Positions 56,986-64,000 of a stretch of 64,000 bases of DNA are shown in pieces. The stretch comes from Methanobacterium sp. Lineage in GTDB: Archaea; Methanobacteriota; Methanobacteria; Methanobacteriales; Methanobacteriaceae. The position numbers and the translations under genes were made by a program. Positions within the stretch are counted from its first letter, which is position 1; every line of letters begins with the position of its first letter. The DNA is taken from NCBI GenBank assembly GCA_015661405.1, contig JACWMK010000007.1, positions 198-64,197 on the forward strand, written 5' to 3'. The notes under the pieces were generated by a model that was given only the letters and a program-made list of their open reading frames with translations, made no database searches and was not told the origin of the DNA.

Positions 56986-57347
56986 CAACAGTTTAAACTC
57001 GTTTTATTAACCGATCCTGCCATAAATTATGCCTCAGAATTCAGAATATCTATTTACAAAAAAAACTGTTTATACAGAATAATCAAATTACATTTCATTT
57101 ATTCTAGAAATCAAAGATTACTATTTTAAAGCACTATTTTTTTTTAAAATTAAAACTTTATCTATAAACTATATTTAGAGTTTTTTTGCATAATTTTTCC
57201 ATTTTTTGAAAATAATGATACTATTCAGCGATATTTGGCTTTTGTACAGTTGATAATTAAGGGCAAATTTAATTATCCAGAGTAATTAAGTACAATAAAC
57301 TAGATATAGAATTTATAACATACAAATTCATAATTGAGGTATTATTT

Positions 57348-58244
57348 TTGGATTCAAGAGAAAGGGAAAAACTAGGTAGAAATGCTATAATTGTTGGTAT
57401 TTCTGGAAATGCAATTCTTGCTATTTTTAATTTCATTATAGGTACATTTTCCGGAAGTACAGCTCTTATAGCGGAATCTGCCCACACTTTCGCTGATATT
57501 TTAGACTCATCAATAGCATTCATAGGATTTAAAATAGGACTTAGACCCCCTGATACTGAGCATCCGTATGGATATGGGAGAGCAGAATCTCTAACAGGAT
57601 TAATAAGCGTAATTTTTCTGGTGTTCATTGCTTATGAATTATTATTGGATGTATATAGTAAGCTTTTATTAGGGACAGCATTGACTCCGCCAAATTTCAC
57701 TGCAGCATTAATGGCTTTAGTAGGTATCATTGTCAATTATACTATGACCACTTATATGACTAGAGTTGGCCATGAAATTAACAGTCCAGCCATAACTTCG
57801 GATGCAAAACATCAAAGAGTTGATATATTCACATGTGTTGCCATATTCATTGGTGTAATCGGATCACATCTCGGTGTACCTTTCTTAGATCCTTTGGTAG
57901 CATTAATCATTGTTGTATTAGTATTAAGGACAGCTTTTGAAGTAGCTCGAGATAACATAAATAATATTATAGGAAAAGTACCTTCAGATCATCTTTTACA
58001 AAATATTGAAGTAGCAGCTTTATCAGTTGAAGGAGTTTCCGGAGCTCATTCCATTAAAATAAATTATTTAGGACCTTACGCAACAGTTGATATTCATATT
58101 GAAGTTGAACCTAATTTAACCGTCGTTGAAGCACATAAAATATCCATTCAAGTAGAAAAGAAAATCATTGAACAGGTAGAGATTGTAACTATTGTGAATG
58201 TTCATGTATGCATCACAGGTGAAAAAGGTGTATGCTTAGATTAA
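57348..58244 (+). CDS. Cation diffusion facilitator (CDF) exporter with an HD-HD site A quartet.
   Basis: TTG start. TM2 reads AESAHTFAD and TM5 reads DAKHQRVD (HxxxD twice). A C-terminal cytosolic domain is present. Confidence 0.85.
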   Translation: MDSREREKLGRNAIIVGISGNAILAIFNFIIGTFSGSTALIAESAHTFADILDSSIAFIGFKIGLRPPDTEHPYGYGRAESLTGLISVIFLVFIAYELLLDVYSKLLLGTALTPPNFTAALMALVGIIVNYTMTTYMTRVGHEINSPAITSDAKHQRVDIFTCVAIFIGVIGSHLGVPFLDPLVALIIVVLVLRTAFEVARDNINNIIGKVPSDHLLQNIEVAALSVEGVSGAHSIKINYLGPYATVDIHIEVEPNLTVVEAHKISIQVEKKIIEQVEIVTIVNVHVCITGEKGVCLD

Positions 58245-58525
58245 ATAAGAATTATTATGGAATCACAAATCAATCTATTAACAAAACGCATCTTATAAAA
58301 AAAAATAGAATCTAATAAAGTAAATAATAAAGAATTATATTTAATTAAAAATAATCTCCCAGGATGGGGTGAAAAGTTATGTATCCAAATCGTGTGAAAT
58401 TTGAAAGCTTTCATTATCCTGGAAGAATGACTTTATCAAACTAGATAAACCCACATATTTTTTTTATAATAATTCAATTATATAAATTGAATTGTTCAAT
58501 TTAATGATTAAGAGATGATTTTCTT

Positions 58526-58741
58526 ATGGAAAACAATGAAAAAAATTTAAATGAAGTATATAATAAACTCAAAAATGAATATAAAGGAATTAAAGAGATA
58601 ATTATAGAAAATGAAGTTATCCTGATTTATGCAGATGATGAAATTCTCTGGAAAATATTTGGTGATAATATTGATGATTATAGAAGCATTGAATTCGATG
58701 CAGATACCAATGAATCACATTTCATAAAAATTTTACCATAA
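58526..58741 (+). CDS. Hypothetical small acidic protein.
   Basis: A 71-aa ORF with no recognisable motif. Confidence 0.3.
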   Translation: MENNEKNLNEVYNKLKNEYKGIKEIIIENEVILIYADDEILWKIFGDNIDDYRSIEFDADTNESHFIKILP

Positions 58742-58820
58742 AACCATTTTGAATCCTAAAGCGATAATTTAGTTATAGGGAATAATGAGTTATTAAATAG
58801 TAGATTATTTTATCCTTTTT

Positions 58821-59708
58821 TCAATCAGAACAGTTTTCATCATCATCCATGGGATCTAAATGTACTATTGCTATACTTATAATATCAATTTTTGTGATGA
58901 TAGTTCTTTCAACTTTATGCGCTATTTTATGAGCTTCTCTAAGTGGTAAATCACCTTTCACTTCAACATGAATCTCAACTGATGCATAAGGTCCCATGTT
59001 GTTAACCTTAATATCATGAGCATCATACACACCTTCAACAGAAACGGCCACCGATTTTATATCATTTATAAGTTTTTTAGACGGCACTTTACCCATTAAA
59101 TTATTTATATTCTCCCGAGCAACATCGAAGGCAGTTTTTATAACTAGAACTCCTATTACTACTGCTAAAATTGGATCCAGAATAGGATAACCTAATTGAG
59201 AACCTACAATACCAAAAAAAATTGCAACAGATGTAAATACATCCATCTTCTTCTGATTACCAGTAGCCATTAATATTTGACTATTAATTTCTCTTCCTGT
59301 TTTAAAAAGGTATTTCATTGTAAAATAATTCAAAAAAAAGGCAATAATCGCCATTCCTGCAGCAATCCAGCTGGGAGCTGCTAATGAACCAACCATTAAA
59401 AATTTAGTATAAGCCTCCAGAAATATTTGATAAGCAATAAAGAAAAGAATTAAGGCAATAAACAAGCCAACAAGAGGCTCAATACGTCCATGCCCATAAG
59501 GATGCTCTGCATCTGCCGGTCTCAAACCAACACGAAAAGCCCATAGACCAATTAAATTAGATAAGAGATCACCTGCATTATCCGCAGCTTGAGCTACCAA
59601 AGCAGTTGACCCACTTATTATTCCCACTACAAAATTTAAAATTGTAAGAATAACATTAACTAATATAGCAAATTTATTTGATCTATTCCCTATTTCTTCC
59701 CTATCCAT
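58821..59708 (-). CDS. Cation diffusion facilitator (CDF) exporter with a DD-ND site A quartet.
   Basis: TM2 reads AQAADNAGD (DxxxD) and TM5 reads GNQKKMD (NxxxD). It looks roughly half identical to the CDF at 57348-58244 by eye. Confidence 0.85.
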   Translation of the reverse strand: MDREEIGNRSNKFAILVNVILTILNFVVGIISGSTALVAQAADNAGDLLSNLIGLWAFRVGLRPADAEHPYGHGRIEPLVGLFIALILFFIAYQIFLEAYTKFLMVGSLAAPSWIAAGMAIIAFFLNYFTMKYLFKTGREINSQILMATGNQKKMDVFTSVAIFFGIVGSQLGYPILDPILAVVIGVLVIKTAFDVARENINNLMGKVPSKKLINDIKSVAVSVEGVYDAHDIKVNNMGPYASVEIHVEVKGDLPLREAHKIAHKVERTIITKIDIISIAIVHLDPMDDDENCSD

Positions 59709-59894
59709 GTTTTCTTTTCTTCCCGAACATTTTTGGGCAAGATTAAATCTTTCAGGTTCTTCATTTATCTATTTTTCCTACGAAATCCAATTAATTATTA
59801 GTTATTTAATTCTTTGAAATAGTATTTTTTAAAGTTAGTATAATACATTTAAATATTAAACCTTTAAATTCTCTTCATTCATCTATCATTATTT

Positions 59895-61157
59895 TTATGT
59901 AGGGAGGAATGATGTTAGTACCAGGGCAATACTCAAACCTATTAAAATTGCAATTGTTGTTCCTGCTATTATGTTGAAAAACCTTGAGTTTACATGTTCT
60001 CCCATTATTTTCTTATCATTAATGAGTAGAAGCATAAATATTAATATAAATGGGAGTAATAGGCCATTTGCAACCTGGGAAAAGAACAGTATTGAAAGTA
60101 AAGGTGCATTTGGAATCAAGATGATTATAACTGCCATTACTATAAGCCCGAGATATAGTCCATGGAATATCGGTGCTTCTCTAAATCCTTTGTTAACTCC
60201 TGCCTCAAAACCTAACATTTCACAGACAAAATATGAAGTAGCTAATGGTAAGATGCTTGCTGCAAATAAAGATGCGTTTAAAAATCCAAATGCAAACAAT
60301 ATGCTAGCATAATTCCCAGCGATGGGGGCAAGTGCTTTTGAAATATCTGCAACATTATTAACAGGGATACCATGAGTAAATATGGTGGCTGCGCAGGCGA
60401 TCACTATAAAAAAAGCGATAAAATTCACAGCAAAAGCTCCAAATACGGCATCTATTTTAGAATATTTCAAATTCTTTAAACTTACTCCTTTCTCGACAAT
60501 AGACGCCTGAATGTAAAACATTTGCCATGGAGCTATTGTCGTTCCAATCACCCCTATAACCATAGTAATATAAGCGGTACTTAAACTTAGCTGAGGTAAT
60601 ACAACATTTTTTGCTGCAAGTGCCCAGTTTGGTTGTGCAAGTAATCCGGCTGCAATATATGAAATATAAAGGGCTGATGCTAATAAAAATACTTTTTCTA
60701 CACTTTTATAATTACCTTTAACTATAAGAAGCCAGACAAAAAGCGCAGCAAGAGGTAAAGCAATGATCCGAGGAATATTAAATATCCCCGTACTTACAGC
60801 TACGCCTGAAAATTCGGCAAGTACATTACCGAAATTAGTTGCAAGAAGTGCGAACATCAGTATAACGGTGATTTTAATTCCTACTCTTTCACGGATAAGA
60901 TCTGCAAGTCCTTTTCCAGATACAATACCTAATCTAACACCCATCTCTTGAATAACAGCTAATGCTACGAACATGGGAATAAAAAGCCACATCAGACTAT
61001 AACCAAACTGTGAACCAGCCAAGGAATAAGTGGTGATACCACCAGCATCATTATCCACATTAGCAGTGATTATTCCCGGTCCCATTACACCTAAAAATAT
61101 TACTAAACTTATTATAAATGGGGTTTGGAAGACTCTGCGGAAAACTCTAAGATCCAT
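59895..61157 (-). CDS. SLC11/NRAMP-family transporter with NRMT-type (Mg2+-clade-like) binding-site substitutions.
   Basis: I prefer the ATG at 61157, which has a GAGGT Shine-Dalgarno sequence 7 nt upstream and lies 14 nt after the upstream stop. The track start at 61208 is the alternative. TM1 has DAGG (61038-61049) where canonical MntH has DPGN. TM6 has TTIAPW (60525-60542) where canonical MntH has A..MPH. Confidence 0.85.
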   Translation of the reverse strand: MDLRVFRRVFQTPFIISLVIFLGVMGPGIITANVDNDAGGITTYSLAGSQFGYSLMWLFIPMFVALAVIQEMGVRLGIVSGKGLADLIRERVGIKITVILMFALLATNFGNVLAEFSGVAVSTGIFNIPRIIALPLAALFVWLLIVKGNYKSVEKVFLLASALYISYIAAGLLAQPNWALAAKNVVLPQLSLSTAYITMVIGVIGTTIAPWQMFYIQASIVEKGVSLKNLKYSKIDAVFGAFAVNFIAFFIVIACAATIFTHGIPVNNVADISKALAPIAGNYASILFAFGFLNASLFAASILPLATSYFVCEMLGFEAGVNKGFREAPIFHGLYLGLIVMAVIIILIPNAPLLSILFFSQVANGLLLPFILIFMLLLINDKKIMGEHVNSRFFNIIAGTTIAILIGLSIALVLTSFLPT

Positions 61158-61171
61158 ATCAAAAACCTCTT

Positions 61172-62461
61172 TTATCTTCCAAACATTCTTGGAACTCTTT
61201 TCTTCCAAGCGACAGGTAAAACAATATCCATAGCATCATCAACAGTGATAATACCTTTTAATTTCTGCTCATCCTCAACAACTGGTAAAGCGAGTAAATT
61301 GTATTTAGCGATTTTCTGGGCAACCTCTACTTGATCCTCATTGATGTCAGCTTTTATTATATGGGTGTGCATGTAATCTGTGATCTTTTTATCGGGATCT
61401 GCTAGTAAAATATCTCTTAGAGAAGTCACGCCTACCAAGTTACCATTTTTGGAGGTTATATAAACATAATAAATGGTTTCTACGTCTTTAGCTATTTCGC
61501 GAAGAGATTTCAATACTTCCCTAACTGTTAGATCTTGATCCACATAGGCATATTCGGTGGTCATGATTCCGCCTGCAGTGTTTTCAGGATATTCTAATAA
61601 TTTTCTTAAATCATTAGATTCTTCTGGTTCCATTAAATCCAGGAGTTCCTCAGCTTTTTCTTCGGATAAATCACCAAGTACGTCTGCTGCATCATCAGGA
61701 TCCATTTCATCCAATAATTCAGCAGCACGATGACTGTCCATACCCTCTAAGAGAGAAACCTGCCGTTCAGGAGATACCTCCTCTAAAGTATCGGCCGCTG
61801 CTTCATCATCAAGGGAATTTAAAATATTTATGGATTCATTAATACTTAGTTGATCTACTATTTCTGCTATGTCTGCGGGGTGGAGTTTTTTTATTTTTTG
61901 TTCAGGCACTTTTAATTTCAACTTAGTATAATCCGTATTCAATGTGTCAATATCAGCCCAGGCGATTATATTTTCATTAGATTTTACACCGAATGGTTTA
62001 GCAATACTTTCAACGCCTAATCTTTTTAAAATACCGTAAAATCCAATATCTACACCTATAACATGATAATAACCTTGACTTGGGGATAATTTAATATCAT
62101 TTACTCTTCTTATTTTCTTATCCTCAATATCAACAACTTGTCGATCAAGAACATCTTCTGAAAGTCTTATATCTGATTTTTTAATCTTATATTCGGGTAT
62201 ATCCTTTAACGTACTTTTAAGATTAATTTCACTCCCTAATTGACTTATGTGGGTGTATGGAATACTAATTATTTTTTTATCTGAAGTATTCACAGTTATA
62301 GCTTCTATGATAGGATATGCGGCTTCGGAAGATACTAGAACATCCTTAAGTTTTCCTATTTTTTTTCCGGTGGAATCTATTACTGGTTTTTTAATTAATT
62401 CACTTAGATACAAAGCTTTCACCTCACTATTAATTATTTTTATGGAGTTTTTATTGATCAC
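61172..62461 (-). CDS. Soluble protein with two PRC-barrel domains, an MgtE N-domain and a CBS pair, but no MgtE membrane domain.
   Basis: The GTG start directly abuts the lrp stop. Two PRC-barrel-like segments are followed by an MgtE_N-like acidic helical repeat (DDEAAADTLEEVSPERQVSLLEGMDSHRAAELLDEMDPDDAADVLGDL). Next come the CBS pair and GGIMTTEY. The protein ends at ...KKRVPRMFGR with no TM helices. Confidence 0.8.
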   Translation of the reverse strand: MINKNSIKIINSEVKALYLSELIKKPVIDSTGKKIGKLKDVLVSSEAAYPIIEAITVNTSDKKIISIPYTHISQLGSEINLKSTLKDIPEYKIKKSDIRLSEDVLDRQVVDIEDKKIRRVNDIKLSPSQGYYHVIGVDIGFYGILKRLGVESIAKPFGVKSNENIIAWADIDTLNTDYTKLKLKVPEQKIKKLHPADIAEIVDQLSINESINILNSLDDEAAADTLEEVSPERQVSLLEGMDSHRAAELLDEMDPDDAADVLGDLSEEKAEELLDLMEPEESNDLRKLLEYPENTAGGIMTTEYAYVDQDLTVREVLKSLREIAKDVETIYYVYITSKNGNLVGVTSLRDILLADPDKKITDYMHTHIIKADINEDQVEVAQKIAKYNLLALPVVEDEQKLKGIITVDDAMDIVLPVAWKKRVPRMFGR

Positions 62462-62917
62462 TTATAGGTTGTGGGGCATCACTCCCTCTTTAATGCGTTC
62501 CATTACAATCATCTCTGTTAAATCTTCCACTCCATCCACAGAACGTATTTTATTGTTAACGATGTTATTAAGTTCTTCTAAGCTTTGAGCCCATACTTTA
62601 ATTAGTATATCATATTCTCCGGATATACTGTACACTTCCGAGACTTCTTCAAGTTTAGCTAATTTTAATTCTACACTTCGATGTTTTTCTGACTCGGTTT
62701 GAATAATTATAATCGCTGTGACTTTTAAACCGAATTTATCAAGATCTAATTTTAGAGTGTACTGTTTGATCACATTTTTATCAAGTTTTTTGAGACGATT
62801 TGATATGGTTGCGTCGGGTACATCAATCTCTTTAGACATTTGAGAAAGAGTGATCCTAGCGTTTTTGACCAAAGAATGAATAATTCGCGAGTCTATATCG
62901 TCTAATTCATCATCCAT
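62462..62917 (-). CDS. Lrp/AsnC-family transcriptional regulator.
   Basis: N-terminal HTH ([38 protein letters not shown]) and a C-terminal RAM/ACT-like domain. Length 151 aa. Confidence 0.88.
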   Translation of the reverse strand: MDDELDDIDSRIIHSLVKNARITLSQMSKEIDVPDATISNRLKKLDKNVIKQYTLKLDLDKFGLKVTAIIIIQTESEKHRSVELKLAKLEEVSEVYSISGEYDILIKVWAQSLEELNNIVNNKIRSVDGVEDLTEMIVMERIKEGVMPHNL

Positions 62918-63283
62918 TTATTTTTCACCACTAAATTGTTTACATTTATTAGTACATTACTTATTATATATAAAATATTGGGAAGATTACCTAGAAAATA
63001 AGTGAAATATTTGGTTAAGTCTTAAAAAAATTACTATATTCACGAAAAGACTACTTTTTTCAATTTTATTTAAAAAAATTTTTTGATTAAAAATTTAATG
63101 GTCTTAAAAGTATCCATTTTTTTAGAATACAACATTTAAAAAATTTTTTTACACTGAACTCTTTTTTTTAATATAAAAAATAAATAACAGATTAAATAGA
63201 ATAAATTATAGCAAAAAAAACTGTGTGTACTAATTTTAGTATCTAAAATTAAAATAATTCAGCTTATTAAATAAAGGAGGATA

Positions 63284-63598
63284 TTGGAATTGGAAAAAAT
63301 TGAACTTAAATATGACAGGATAGAAAGGATAGGTGATGATTACTATTTAGTGTATAGGTCAGACTTCTTTGATGAAATTAAGAGAAATGAAACACCAGAA
63401 AACATTAATCTTCTTAAATATATTATAAGTGGACTTAAAGCTAAAAAGAAGGATTCGTTCTACGACACAGATTTAGAATATAATCCACTACTAAAGGTGC
63501 AGTTTAATTACCAAAAAAATAAGGATGAAGAATCAATCGAGAAAGTAAGAATTGATACTGAAGCATTAATCAATAATATAATAACAGATAAAAAATAA
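63284..63598 (+). CDS. Hypothetical protein.
   Basis: TTG start with a strong AAGGAGG Shine-Dalgarno sequence at 63274-63280. A 104-aa ORF with no recognised motif. Confidence 0.4.
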   Translation: MELEKIELKYDRIERIGDDYYLVYRSDFFDEIKRNETPENINLLKYIISGLKAKKKDSFYDTDLEYNPLLKVQFNYQKNKDEESIEKVRIDTEALINNIITDKK

Positions 63599-63743
63599 AA
63601 TTTAGGTTTGATTTTTAATTTTTTTAGATATAAATTGTTACGAAATTCCTGAAAATATTAGGATTAAGTTAAATAGGATAAGGTATTAAATAATATTAAA
63701 GTTTTTATTAGAATTTAATTTTTTTTACTTGGAGGTGAAATGA

Positions 63744-64000
63744 ATGTCAGAGGATAATATTGTATACATTGGAAATAAACCAGTAATGAACTATGTGTTA
63801 GCTGTCGTAACTCAGATGAATGGCGGATTATCAGAAGTAATGTTAAAAGCCAGAGGCAGAGCTATAAGCAGAGCAGTTGACGTAGCAGAGATTGTACGTA
63901 ACAAGTTTATGAGTGATTTAGAACTTGGAACCATAAACATCTCCACTGAAGAAGTAACAAATAGAGAAGGATCAAATAGCAATGTTTCAGCTATTGAAAT
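63744..64000 (+). CDS. albA: Chromatin protein Alba (DNA/RNA-binding). Partial: it runs off the window.
   Basis: My translation gives [55 protein letters not shown]... A GGAGGTG Shine-Dalgarno sequence lies upstream. Confidence 0.88.
   Translation, partial: MSEDNIVYIGNKPVMNYVLAVVTQMNGGLSEVMLKARGRAISRAVDVAEIVRNKFMSDLELGTINISTEEVTNREGSNSNVSAIE

Overview
This is an AT-rich archaeal chromosome segment. Gene content and order point to a Methanobacteriales-type methanogen; that assignment is inferred, not searched. About half the window (21.9-47.7 kb) is the conserved translation and transcription supercluster on the + strand. It runs from the SPOUT methyltransferase and rpl3 through rpl15, secY, adk, cmk and cbf5. 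It continues with tRNA-Ser, rps13-rps4-rps11-rpoD-rpl18e-rpl13-rps9-rpoN, a Pro-like tRNA, rpoK, eno and rps2. Downstream lie an archaeal mevalonate/isoprenoid cluster (mvk, ipk, fni, RNase J, idsA) and gltX.

The left end (1-4.7 kb) is a surface/glycosylation locus. It holds a GT-C membrane glycosyltransferase, an AglB/STT3 oligosaccharyltransferase broken by two frameshifts, and three tiny class-III-signal-peptide (pilin-like) genes. The 5-21 kb stretch holds housekeeping and conserved-unknown genes: a GTPase/DUF2073/Zn-ribbon triad, NFACT, NYN/PLP-enzyme/RtcA, and BirA/PycA.

The right end (56-63 kb) is a metal-transport locus and the most interesting part. An Lrp regulator, a stand-alone PRC-barrel/MgtE_N/CBS cytosolic protein and an SLC11/NRAMP protein are tightly stacked. 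The NRAMP protein carries the NRMT-type (Mg2+-clade) site substitutions. Nearby are two divergent CDF exporters and a decayed NRAMP paralogue.

I saw no rRNA, CRISPR array, IS element or prophage. Other oddities are a Pro-like tRNA gene interrupted by about 100 nt with no canonical splice geometry, and a 6 x 42-bp acidic tandem-repeat tail on ribosomal protein uS3.
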